Positions 1 to 9,334 are shown, counted from the stretch's first letter. The stretch is 40,939 nucleotides of DNA from an uncultured Pelolinea sp. (GCA_964540175.1 CAZILY010000002.1:1-40939), one strand, 5' to 3'. Program-made: numbers and translations. Notes: generated from the letters alone by a model not told the origin.

Positions 1-1
1 T

Positions 2-310
2 AAAAGCGTCATTGAAAGATACAACGCTGATCCATTAGTTCATGGACACACTTCAGCCAGGATGGGTATGTATATAATTGAAAAAGGGGAGTTCGTTCGC
101 AATAATGCGAATAAGATTTCGGTGCCTACTTTGGTTATGATTGGTTCAGCTGAAGAGATCGTGAGCAAAAAAGCAATTCATGATTTTTGTGACCGATCTG
201 ATAATTGCGTCGAGAAAATTTGGGCTGGTTTATATCATGAACTACACAATGAGCCAGAAAATTTAAGCGTCCTCAAATTTACATCAGAATGGATTGATAG
301 CCATCTGTAA
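2..310 (+). CDS. Alpha/beta hydrolase (lysophospholipase/monoglyceride lipase-like), 5'-truncated
   Basis: Frame is open from the window edge (KSVIERYNADPLVHGHTSAR precedes the listed Met). Y..DPLVH, VPTLVMIGSAEEIV and GLYHELHNEP match the C-terminus of this family. Confidence 0.85.
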   Translation, partial: KSVIERYNADPLVHGHTSARMGMYIIEKGEFVRNNANKISVPTLVMIGSAEEIVSKKAIHDFCDRSDNCVEKIWAGLYHELHNEPENLSVLKFTSEWIDSHL

Positions 311-353
311 TTTGTTAAAATGCGTTCATCGTGTTTTATAATTGCATTTGTAC

Positions 354-382
354 TTGACCATTCTTTTCAGCAAAGTTACAAT
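354..382 (+). promoter_or_regulatory. Sigma70-type promoter for glyA-gcvT
   Basis: TTGACC (354-359), 17 nt spacer, TACAAT (377-382). Confidence 0.7.
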
Positions 383-468
383 TCACGTGATGATTGATTG
401 GATAATTTATTCATTTGCTGATTTAAGTTGTCTATTTTTTAATACACAGATATTAAAATATTTTCAAT

Positions 469-499
469 CCACTTGACCAATCAAAATCAAGTGGTTTTT
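469..499 (+). terminator. Intrinsic terminator or attenuator hairpin in the glyA-gcvT leader
   Basis: Stem CCACTTGA (469-476) / TCAAGTGG (487-494), 10 nt loop, then TTTTTATTTTATTT. Lies upstream of the AAGGAGA RBS. Confidence 0.6.
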
Positions 500-528
500 A
501 TTTTATTTGTTCTAAGGAGATAACAATA

Positions 529-3500
529 ATGCCTTATTATATTTTGTCGGATCCATTATCTAAAGTTGACCCCGCTGTAGAAAATATTATTAATCTCGAG
601 TCTGAACGCCAAAGAAGAAAACTTATACTTATCCCCAGCGAAAGCAGCGCACCAATAGCTGTGCGGGAAAGCATGGGATCTATTCTCCATAATGTGTATG
701 CAGAAGGATATCCTCCCGAGAAATCACGATTATTCACCCAAGAAGAAATTCTTGATTTAGAGAAACAAATCACAAATTATAGGCGGTATTCAGATCCACG
801 TTACTATAAGGGTGTTGAAAATGTGGATATCCTTGAAGAATTGGCTCGCCGTCGCTGTGCGGAATTATTTTCAAATGACCGATTTAATCCCGATCAAATT
901 TATGTGAACGTCCAACCGCTCTCTGGCGCACCTGCAAATAATGCCGTTTATCACGCTCTTATTGATCCTGGTGACGTAATCATAGGGATGAATCTGTTAC
1001 ATGGAGGTCATCTATCACATGGGTCCTCTGTTAATCGTTCGGGGAAGCTTTATCAAGTTTTTCACTATAATGTTGATCCTGTCACAGAAAAAATAAATTA
1101 CGAAACACTTCAAAATTTAGTCAATGAAAAACAACCGAAAATTTTGATCGCTGGATATTCCTCATACCCATGGGCTCCTGACTGGGAAATTTTCGCAGAT
1201 ATTGCACATTCGGTTGGAGCATATCTTTTTGCAGATATTTCCCATATTGCCGGCATGATTGCAGCGAATATACTCCCTTCACCTGTTGGATTCGCCGACA
1301 TTATTACTTTCACAACCCACAAAACGCTTTGCGGCCCCCGCGGAGCATGCATTTTGTCATTTGACAATAAATTATCAAGAAAAATTGACAAGGCAGTGTT
1401 TCCTGGGGAACAAGGCGGCCCTCATATTCAAGCAATATCAGGAATGGCGACAACCTTTAAAATCGCCAAAACTAAACAATTTAAAGATTTCCAGAAGCAA
1501 ATTATTAATAATAGTTCTGCATTATCTTCCCAACTGGCAAAACGTAATATCAGAATTGCATTCGGAGGCACAAATACACATTTACTAAACATCGATTGCA
1601 AATCAATTGCTGGTAAAGACGGCACTAAATTATCAGGGGATATGGCTGCTCGCATCCTCGACATCGCAGGTTTGGTGGTGAACGCTAACGCCATTCCTGG
1701 AGATAAATCAGCTCTGCGCTCAAGTGGTATCCGTTTAGGCACCCCTTGGATCACACAAAGAGGATTTGTTGAAGAAGATGTTATCTCGGTGGCTGATGTT
1801 ATCGCGGACATTCTTTATGCCACAGAACCCTACACAATAATGGGAAAAACCAGGTCAATCACACGAGCAAAAGTAGACTTCACCGTCTTAGAACAGGCTA
1901 AACTCAGAATACGATCCTTGATTGAGAAGACAGTGGATGGAAAAGGAAGTGAAAAAACCGGGTATCCACATTATTACTTCCTGGATGATTTTAAAAATAA
2001 TGAGCCTGACAAATGGCTTACCTTTAATATCATAGGAAATAAAATTCTAACTTCACTTCAGTGGATTTTTTCAACCGACATTGGCAACTTATCTCGAGAA
2101 GAAATTTTCCCTACCCATTTTTATGCAAACAAGCAGAAGATTTCTTGCTTCATTTCCAAACAATCTGACAGAGAATATAAGTTAGTTTTGCAAGCTAAGG
2201 ATGCCGGTTTGGCCATTACGTGGTTGCGCGATCTCTCAGATGGCTTCATATCATTTGATAACGATCCCTCCAGGAAAATTCCAGGACCTTTTATTATTAG
2301 AAAATCAAAAACCAATTTAAAAATTATCAATATGGTAAACGAGAGTTCTCCGGACCATACAAAACCATTCTTCATTGGAATCGAGAAATTAGAAAATCGG
2401 GAATCTCTTCCTTTAGATGATTTTCATTGGGATCAAAATGCCAATGAGGGCCTCAAACGTACAGCACTATTCGAAACGCACCATAAATCTGGCGCGAAGA
2501 TCATTCCATTTGCGGGTTGGGAAATGCCCGTCTGGTATTCTTCTGTAATCGATGAACATATGGCAACACGTAATGCAGCAGGTTTATTCGATGTTTCACA
2601 TATGGGTGTTTTCGAAGTACAGGGCAGCCACGCAAGCGTTTTCTTAGACTGTGTATGCGGAAATTACATATCCGATTTAGAAAATGGTGAATCCTGCTAC
2701 ACCCATTTCTTAGATCCTGACGCTAAAGTAATTGACGATTTGTTAATTTATCGACATATGCCAGATAAATACCTCGTTGTTGTTAATGCAGCCAATACTG
2801 ATAAAGATTGGGCGTGGCTAAATGCGGTACAAAATGGTTCTGTAAAAATTGAAAAGAACCTCCCATGGGTAAAATGCTTGGGACGAGATGTCATCCTGCG
2901 TAACCTTCATGATGAAGCAGTAGAAGATCAACGGGTTGACATTGCTCTTCAAGGGCAACTTTCTAAAGAAATATTGCTTCAAATTGGCTTTGACGAACAA
3001 GATATTCAAAAAATCTCTAATTTAGAGAGGACGAATCTCTGCCACGCACAATGGGGCGATCAAGATTTGATCATATCTCGCACAGGGTATACAGGTGAAA
3101 AAATGGCTTTTGAGATTTTCATTCACCCAAATTATTCTGTTCGGTTATGGGAAAAGCTCATTGAGGTAGGAACACCTTATGGTTTAAAACCATGCGGTTT
3201 AGGTGCACGTGATTCTTTACGAACAGAAGCAGGATTGCCATTGTATGGCCACGAAATGGGAGGTAAATTCAACCTTGGCGTGGCAGAAGCTGGTTTTGGC
3301 TCTTATGTTAAGACTCATAAACCATGGTTCATTGGCCGATCTGCTTTCCTGGAAAATGAAAAAATCCGCAGCAATAAAGTAGTCAGGTTCTGTTTTGAAG
3401 AAAAACGCACACGCGTCGCACATTTGGGCGATCTTGTATTCAATGATAAAGGCAAAGCGATTGGCTTCGTAACAAGTTGCGCAATCGATAAAGAAGGATT

Positions 3501-3672
3501 CCTCACCGGGCAGGCATGTATTGAAGATAAATACACTATCATAGATACACCAATTTTTATATTCCAAAAAACTGACAGCCAAAAATCAATTGACTTCTCG
3601 AACCTTAAAGAAGGAGATAAGATCTCACTTCCTTCAAAAGCAAAGATCATAAAAAGGTTTCCACGTTTGTAA
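529..3672 (+). CDS. glyA-gcvT: Serine hydroxymethyltransferase fused to glycine cleavage T-protein (aminomethyltransferase)
   Basis: SHMT motifs YAEGYP, GGHLSHG, TTHKTLCGPRG (PLP Lys) and GIRLGTP. GcvT motifs PFAGWEMPV, GLFDVSHMG, SRTGYTGE and GLGARDSLRTEAGLPLYGHE. AAGGAG RBS. Confidence 0.95.
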   Translation: MPYYILSDPLSKVDPAVENIINLESERQRRKLILIPSESSAPIAVRESMGSILHNVYAEGYPPEKSRLFTQEEILDLEKQITNYRRYSDPRYYKGVENVDILEELARRRCAELFSNDRFNPDQIYVNVQPLSGAPANNAVYHALIDPGDVIIGMNLLHGGHLSHGSSVNRSGKLYQVFHYNVDPVTEKINYETLQNLVNEKQPKILIAGYSSYPWAPDWEIFADIAHSVGAYLFADISHIAGMIAANILPSPVGFADIITFTTHKTLCGPRGACILSFDNKLSRKIDKAVFPGEQGGPHIQAISGMATTFKIAKTKQFKDFQKQIINNSSALSSQLAKRNIRIAFGGTNTHLLNIDCKSIAGKDGTKLSGDMAARILDIAGLVVNANAIPGDKSALRSSGIRLGTPWITQRGFVEEDVISVADVIADILYATEPYTIMGKTRSITRAKVDFTVLEQAKLRIRSLIEKTVDGKGSEKTGYPHYYFLDDFKNNEPDKWLTFNIIGNKILTSLQWIFSTDIGNLSREEIFPTHFYANKQKISCFISKQSDREYKLVLQAKDAGLAITWLRDLSDGFISFDNDPSRKIPGPFIIRKSKTNLKIINMVNESSPDHTKPFFIGIEKLENRESLPLDDFHWDQNANEGLKRTALFETHHKSGAKIIPFAGWEMPVWYSSVIDEHMATRNAAGLFDVSHMGVFEVQGSHASVFLDCVCGNYISDLENGESCYTHFLDPDAKVIDDLLIYRHMPDKYLVVVNAANTDKDWAWLNAVQNGSVKIEKNLPWVKCLGRDVILRNLHDEAVEDQRVDIALQGQLSKEILLQIGFDEQDIQKISNLERTNLCHAQWGDQDLIISRTGYTGEKMAFEIFIHPNYSVRLWEKLIEVGTPYGLKPCGLGARDSLRTEAGLPLYGHEMGGKFNLGVAEAGFGSYVKTHKPWFIGRSAFLENEKIRSNKVVRFCFEEKRTRVAHLGDLVFNDKGKAIGFVTSCAIDKEGFLTGQACIEDKYTIIDTPIFIFQKTDSQKSIDFSNLKEGDKISLPSKAKIIKRFPRL

Positions 3673-3714
3673 GATATATCAATTCTATAAACAATAAAAA
3701 TCGGAGGTAAAAAT

Positions 3715-4929
3715 ATGCAGACACTTTGGGATTATCGCTATGCACAACGAACCCAGAGGATGAAGGAATCGGCCATCAGAGAGCTATTGAAGTTTTCTGA
3801 AAGAAAAGATATCATATCGTTTGCTGGTGGAATGCCAGCACCTGAAATTTTTCCGGTTGACAAATTCCGTGAGGCATGTGACAAGGCATTGCGTGAACAT
3901 GGCGCAGATTGCCTTCAATATGGTTCAACGGACGGATATTTGCCGCTCCGCGAAATGATTGCTCACCACGCAACACGCTATGGAATAAACGTAACAGCCG
4001 AGAACATTTTACCCACATCAGGTTCCCAACAAGCACTTGATCTAATTGGGCGTATTTTTATTAATCCAGGTGACCGAATTTTAGTTGAGTCTCCCACGTA
4101 TTTAGGTGCCATTCAAGCTTGGAATGCGTACGGCGCTGAATTTATTCCTGTTCCTTTTGACCAGGACGGAATGGACACTAACAAGATAGAGGACAGGCTT
4201 CGTGCAGGAATTAAATTTATCTATGTATTACCGAATTTCCAAAATCCAACCGGAGTTACGCTCTCTTATGAAAGACGCCTGCGTCTAATTGAACTAGCTG
4301 ACAATTACGGTGTTCCGATTATTGAAGACGACCCATACGGACAATTACGTTATGAAGGTGAGCACTTATCTCCAGTTGTGGTACTGGACAGTCAAACAAG
4401 ATCTCAGGAAACATGTTATTCTGGAAATGTCATCTATTTAAGCACTTTTTCAAAGACACTCGCGCCTGGAATTCGATTAGCATGGGTTATTGCACCAACT
4501 GAAGTAATTCAAAAGTTGATCTTGGCGAAACAAGGCGCAGATTTGCATACATCAACATTTATTCAAATTTCAACTTATGAAGTGGCTAAGGATGGTTTCT
4601 TGAATGAGCATATTAAGTTAATCCGAAAAGTATACCGCGAACGGCGCGACGTGATGTTGGATACACTTGAGGAACATATGCCTCCCGGCATCAAATGGAC
4701 GCACCCTAAAGGCGGTTTGTTCTTATGGGCAACACTCCCGGAGGATTTGGATGCAAAAGTAATATTTAATGAAGCACTGGAAAAAAATGTTGCTTTTGTT
4801 CCAGGAGCAGCTTTCTTTGCTGAAGGCGGGGGACATAATACCATGCGCCTGAATTTCTCAAATGCTAAGCCAGAAATGATCAACGAGGGAATTGGAATAT
4901 TAGCAAAAGTAATAAAAAATCATGTGTAA
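3715..4929 (+). CDS. PLP-dependent class I/II aminotransferase (LysN/2-aminoadipate transaminase-like, no HTH)
   Basis: ISFAGGMP, SGSQQALD, PNFQNPTG, IIEDDPYG, STFSKTLAPGIRLAW and MRLNFS. GGAGG RBS. Confidence 0.9.
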   Translation: MQTLWDYRYAQRTQRMKESAIRELLKFSERKDIISFAGGMPAPEIFPVDKFREACDKALREHGADCLQYGSTDGYLPLREMIAHHATRYGINVTAENILPTSGSQQALDLIGRIFINPGDRILVESPTYLGAIQAWNAYGAEFIPVPFDQDGMDTNKIEDRLRAGIKFIYVLPNFQNPTGVTLSYERRLRLIELADNYGVPIIEDDPYGQLRYEGEHLSPVVVLDSQTRSQETCYSGNVIYLSTFSKTLAPGIRLAWVIAPTEVIQKLILAKQGADLHTSTFIQISTYEVAKDGFLNEHIKLIRKVYRERRDVMLDTLEEHMPPGIKWTHPKGGLFLWATLPEDLDAKVIFNEALEKNVAFVPGAAFFAEGGGHNTMRLNFSNAKPEMINEGIGILAKVIKNHV

Positions 4930-4945
4930 GGAAAAATAATCCAAT

Positions 4946-6673
4946 CTACAGTATTGGACTATTTTTCCATAAATTAAATTCAGTAAGGATAGATCCCCCG
5001 ATAAATTCACGTAAAATTGAATTATCGGGAATCAAATCTTCTTTTACAGGAAGCAACCATTCAAGGAACGCTAACAATCTTTTCGCTTCAAGGGATTCTG
5101 CGGTACCGTGCGAAATTTGCCTTAACAATGGCTCTGCAAATGTTTTTAAGACCGCTAATTCATAAACTAACGCTGAATTAAATATTTCATCTGCGTTTTC
5201 TTGATGAGGAAATATATATTCTCGTTCTCCTCTTCGAACTGATTCCCACATCTGAATGGTTTTCTGGCCTGAATATCCTCTGGTACGTGCATCTCGAATT
5301 ATTCGCCTTAATAATCTAGTGTCAGTAGTGGAAATCCGATTGTTATGGTCTAAGTTCAATTGCGTAAGGCAAGAAGTATATATGCGAAACTTGTTTGATT
5401 GATCAATGTCAGATAATAACCTTGGATTTAATCCATGTATACCTTCAATCAAGACGATCTGGTTTTTGCCAACTCTAACTGTATCTCCAGTTTCTCTCTT
5501 CCCGGTTTTAAAATTAAACCGCGGAAATGTAACTTCTTTCCCTGTCAGTAGTCTCTTAAGATGGTCTTCCAACAATGAAGCGTCAATCGCTTCAAATGCC
5601 TCAAAATTGTATTTTCCATTTTCATCCAAAGGGGTTTTATCACGATCAACAAAATAATTATCCATTTCTAATGCAAATGGAGAAATCCCATATGTTAGCA
5701 ATTGGATAGCTAAGCGTTTAGAAAATGTTGTTTTTCCCGAAGACGATGGACCGGCAATCATAATAATCCGCAGATCATCAATCCTTGAATGTATAAGTGA
5801 TGCAATTTGAGAAATTTTCTGCTCATGTAGTGCTTCTGACACCAATATCACCTCACGGATCGAATTATTAGATATTGATTCATTTAAACCAGCAACACTA
5901 TCAATATCAAGACTTTCTAGCCATGAGCCGTATTGTTTGAAAATAGCCAGCAATTTACTATATCTAGGCATTTTAAATAATTTCTTTGGTGTCTTTCGCC
6001 TGGGGTACTGCAATATAAATCCTTCGCCACTTTTGATCAATTTAAACAAAGTTAAATAACCCGTTGAAGGCACCATATATCCGTAATGATAGTCTCGATG
6101 ACTTTTTAAGCGGTATAAAATCAAATAGGATTTTTTTCTGTATTTCAAGAGTCGTAGTTTATCGCTATATGACTTTTTAGAAAAATAAGAAATTGCCTCT
6201 TCCAAAGGAACTTTTTCTTTTATTATTGGTATATCTTCTGACACCAATTCTCGCATGTGTGTTTCAAGATCAGTGATTTCGTTTTCATTTAACGATTCCC
6301 TGTCAGCGACCTTGCAATAGTATCCACCACTTGGTACAGAATGATCAATCGCTAGTAAAGCATTAGGGAATAATTCGTGATAAGCAGTTTGTAGAAGAAA
6401 AGTTAATGAACGACGGTAAATTTTCGATCCGTCAGAAGTTGTCATATTGATCGGAGTAATCTTACAATCCCAGTTAACTTTATAAGAAAGCTCCCGTAAA
6501 TTTCCGTTCATGACGGCCCCAACAATGGGCGCCCCTTCCCATTCAATTAATAGTGAAAATAGCTCACCTATTGTAGAACCCTTTTTGCCAGATATGATCC
6601 TACCATCAGGTAGATAAAGTTCTATGTCTTCCCGTTCCTTAGAAATGAACTGTGGCTTTTTTAGATTTTCCAT
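4946..6673 (-). CDS. Uridine/nucleoside kinase with N-terminal ThrRS-like (TGS/editing-fold) domains
   Basis: Walker A IAGPSSSGKTT, MDNYF, IEGIHGLNP and RLLRRIIRD. N-terminus resembles ThrRS N1/N2. ATG 6673 is preferred over GTG 6694 because an extended -10 lies at 6685-6693. Confidence 0.85.
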   Translation of the reverse strand: MENLKKPQFISKEREDIELYLPDGRIISGKKGSTIGELFSLLIEWEGAPIVGAVMNGNLRELSYKVNWDCKITPINMTTSDGSKIYRRSLTFLLQTAYHELFPNALLAIDHSVPSGGYYCKVADRESLNENEITDLETHMRELVSEDIPIIKEKVPLEEAISYFSKKSYSDKLRLLKYRKKSYLILYRLKSHRDYHYGYMVPSTGYLTLFKLIKSGEGFILQYPRRKTPKKLFKMPRYSKLLAIFKQYGSWLESLDIDSVAGLNESISNNSIREVILVSEALHEQKISQIASLIHSRIDDLRIIMIAGPSSSGKTTFSKRLAIQLLTYGISPFALEMDNYFVDRDKTPLDENGKYNFEAFEAIDASLLEDHLKRLLTGKEVTFPRFNFKTGKRETGDTVRVGKNQIVLIEGIHGLNPRLLSDIDQSNKFRIYTSCLTQLNLDHNNRISTTDTRLLRRIIRDARTRGYSGQKTIQMWESVRRGEREYIFPHQENADEIFNSALVYELAVLKTFAEPLLRQISHGTAESLEAKRLLAFLEWLLPVKEDLIPDNSILREFIGGSILTEFNLWKNSPIL

Positions 6674-6684
6674 TGTGGAAGAAG

Positions 6685-6731
6685 ATTTTACCACGGAGAA
6701 ATTCGAGTAAAATTATCGAGGTTTTTATAAT
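6685..6731. promoter_or_regulatory. Divergent -10 elements for the nucleoside kinase and lipoyl transferase genes
   Basis: Minus strand TGgTAAAAT (6685-6693), 11 nt before ATG 6673. Plus strand TATAAT (6726-6731), 12 nt before ATG 6744. No SD for either gene. Confidence 0.5.
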
Positions 6732-6743
6732 TCATTTTCTAAA

Positions 6744-7565
6744 ATGCAAAATATTATCTGGCGCTTAATTATCTCTTCACCCTCATCAGGTTCATGGAAT
6801 ATGGCCTTAGATGAAGCAATATTAGAAGAAGTAGTTTCTAAAAATACGCCGCCCACATTGCGGTTATACAGTTGGGATCCTTATTGCCTTTCAATTGGAC
6901 GCGCCCAATCCATTTCAGAAGTTAACACAGGCTTTCTATTTGAAAAGGGCTGGGAAGTAGTTAGAAGACTTACCGGCGGACGTGCGATTTTACATGCGGA
7001 TGAGCTTACATACTCCATTTGTGCTCCTATTGATGATCCACACATCCAAGGAGGAGTGATTGAATCCTATCGACATTTATCGCGTGGCCTTTTACGCACT
7101 TTAGATCTGATTGGAATTAATTCGGATTCTAAACCTAAATTGAAAGAGGATAAATATTTATCAAAAAATCCAGTTTGTTTTCAATATCCCTCTGATTATG
7201 AAATTACTTTTAAAGGGAGAAAGCTGATCGGTAGTGCTCAGGCACGAAAAATCAACGGGTTGCTCCAACACGGGACTATTCCATTATTCGGAGATATCTC
7301 AAGGATAATTTCAACTCTTAATTTTAAAAACAATAAAGATAAACAAAAAGCAAAAGACAGCTTGTTATCTAGAGCAACGACTTTGCAGGCTGCTATGGGA
7401 CATAAAATTTCCTGGGATGAATTGGCCAACGCATGTTTTCATGCATTTGAGGAAACCCTAAACATTCAATTTGTTAAATCCTCATTATCACTAAATGAAT
7501 TAAAAAGAACAAAAACCTTACAAAAAGAGAAATATTCGAATAAGGTTTGGACTTATCGAATTTAA
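6744..7565 (+). CDS. Lipoate-protein ligase family protein (LipM-like octanoyltransferase)
   Basis: NMALDEAIL, PTLRLYSW, VVRRLTGGRAILH, CF...S.YEI, KLIGSAQ and LLQHGTI. Confidence 0.9.
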   Translation: MQNIIWRLIISSPSSGSWNMALDEAILEEVVSKNTPPTLRLYSWDPYCLSIGRAQSISEVNTGFLFEKGWEVVRRLTGGRAILHADELTYSICAPIDDPHIQGGVIESYRHLSRGLLRTLDLIGINSDSKPKLKEDKYLSKNPVCFQYPSDYEITFKGRKLIGSAQARKINGLLQHGTIPLFGDISRIISTLNFKNNKDKQKAKDSLLSRATTLQAAMGHKISWDELANACFHAFEETLNIQFVKSSLSLNELKRTKTLQKEKYSNKVWTYRI

Positions 7566-7574
7566 CAAATATAC

Positions 7575-8162
7575 ATGAGCCAAATACTTGTTGTTTTCTT
7601 ATCTGCTATTTTTGGTTTCTATACGTTAATCATTGTTTTTTATAGCCAATGGATATCAAGCATCTCTCGTATTCCTCGTTCAGACTGGCTTCTTGTGTTA
7701 GGAGCAGGGGTAGAAAACAATAATCAACCTACTCCCATCCTTATAGACAGATTAATTTCCACGGTTAAATATGTAAAACTCTTTAAACCAAAATATATAA
7801 TCCTCAGTGGAACCAAAAAAGAGTGTGATTACAATGAACCAATCGCAATGCTGAATTTTTTGTTATCTGAGGGAATTGAACGTGATTCGATTTTTTTGGA
7901 TGAATCAGGATTTTCGACATATCATTCATGCATGAATATGAAAAATAAATACGATCCCGGAAATATTGTCATCATTTCACAACGCTTTCATTTATATCGC
8001 TCTTTAATGATCAGCAGACTGATTGGTCTTCAGTCATTTGGTCTTGTGGCAGACAATATTTCTTTTTCTAACACAGTTAATATTTTTTGGTATTTTCGGG
8101 AGAGCTTAGCGATTCCCTACAATTTAATAAAGATGGTTTTTTTGCATTTTTCCATGATCTAA
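7575..8162 (+). CDS. SanA/YdcF/ElyC (DUF218) family envelope protein
   Basis: N-terminal TM helix, LVLGAG, L.DRL, ILSG, NEP.AM, SQRFHLYRS and RE.LA. Confidence 0.85.
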   Translation: MSQILVVFLSAIFGFYTLIIVFYSQWISSISRIPRSDWLLVLGAGVENNNQPTPILIDRLISTVKYVKLFKPKYIILSGTKKECDYNEPIAMLNFLLSEGIERDSIFLDESGFSTYHSCMNMKNKYDPGNIVIISQRFHLYRSLMISRLIGLQSFGLVADNISFSNTVNIFWYFRESLAIPYNLIKMVFLHFSMI

Positions 8163-8239
8163 CAATAATCACGATTTCACAGATATAATAATGAATAATC
8201 CAATAACAAAAACACTGATAAATAAGAGGATATAGAAAT

Positions 8240-9334
8240 ATGGTTCCAAAGGGTAAGGGGTTCTATATTTGGAAAATTCCCAGTTGTGAAAATGGGGATC
8301 CAGAATCTATTGCTTTAACTGCATATAAAGCTGGATTAACGCATGTTCTCATCAAGATAGCTAATGGAATTTACGATTACAACTATGAACCATCCACAAA
8401 TAAGGATCTAATAGGACCGGTTGCCGATGCTCTCCACAGAAGAAATATCAAAGTCTGGGGGTGGCATTATGTGTTCGGCAATTTACCTGTTGAAGAAGCA
8501 AAAGCAGCCATTCGACAAATTAGCCGGCTTCCATTAGATGGCTATACAATTGATGCAGAATCTGAATATAAAGGAAAATACACACCCTGCCGGATATTCA
8601 TGAAAGAACTACGTAATGCTCTGCCAGATTTTCCCATTGCCTTAAGTTCTTTTAGATATCCCAAATACCATATGGAACTACCATGGAAAGATTTCCTCAC
8701 GTACTGCAACTTTAATATGCCCCAGGTCTATTGGGAACAGTCGCATAATCCTGCTTATCAATTAGAACGCAGTCTGAATGAATTTCAGACTGTAGTTGAG
8801 CCATTCCGACCAATAATACCAACTGGCGCCGCATATTGTGCTGGGGGATGGTGCTCGTCCTCTAGCGAAATACTCGAATTTATGAACAAAGCAGTATCTC
8901 TACAAATGTCTGCTGTCAATTTTTGGAGTTGGGATTATTGCCGTTTAAAATTGCCACATTTATGGGAAACTATTGCAGCCTTTGATTGGCCTTCTTCACC
9001 AAACCCAGAAAAGGATCTAGCTGAAATATTCATTGATTCTTTAAATTACCGAAATGTTTCTGCCATTTTGGCTCTTTATACAGATGATGCAGTTCACATA
9101 AACGCTAACCGTACAATCCAGGGGCAATCCGCATTAACATCATTTTATGACAACTTGCTTCAAAATATTTTCCAGGATGCGTCATTCGAAATTATTGAAA
9201 TAAACGGAAATGACCAAACGAGACATTTTACATGGAGAGTAATTAAAGCTAACGTTGAAATTGCAAAGGGTGAAGATACAATCGGGATATCAGCAAATAA
9301 AATAATATATCATTACTCATCTTTCGCTGATTAA
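8240..9334 (+). CDS. Putative glycoside hydrolase-like TIM barrel with C-terminal SnoaL/NTF2-like domain
   Basis: VLIKIANG, VWGWHYV, IDAE (DxE) and MPQVYW. C-terminus ILALYTDDAV...IQGQSALTSFY is typical of SnoaL-like domains. Confidence 0.6.
   Translation: MVPKGKGFYIWKIPSCENGDPESIALTAYKAGLTHVLIKIANGIYDYNYEPSTNKDLIGPVADALHRRNIKVWGWHYVFGNLPVEEAKAAIRQISRLPLDGYTIDAESEYKGKYTPCRIFMKELRNALPDFPIALSSFRYPKYHMELPWKDFLTYCNFNMPQVYWEQSHNPAYQLERSLNEFQTVVEPFRPIIPTGAAYCAGGWCSSSSEILEFMNKAVSLQMSAVNFWSWDYCRLKLPHLWETIAAFDWPSSPNPEKDLAEIFIDSLNYRNVSAILALYTDDAVHINANRTIQGQSALTSFYDNLLQNIFQDASFEIIEINGNDQTRHFTWRVIKANVEIAKGEDTIGISANKIIYHYSSFAD

Noticed and set aside
311-528. Glycine, THF or ZTP riboswitch upstream of glyA-gcvT
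   Set aside because: The leader is very AT-rich and I found none of the consensus elements by eye. An Rfam scan would be needed to exclude a divergent one.
6674-6694. GTG start at 6694 for the nucleoside kinase
   Set aside because: It overlaps a candidate extended -10 and has no SD; ATG 6673 is more plausible.
8163-8239. Repeated AATAA motifs as an operator array
   Set aside because: Spacing is irregular and such repeats are expected in AT-rich intergenic DNA.
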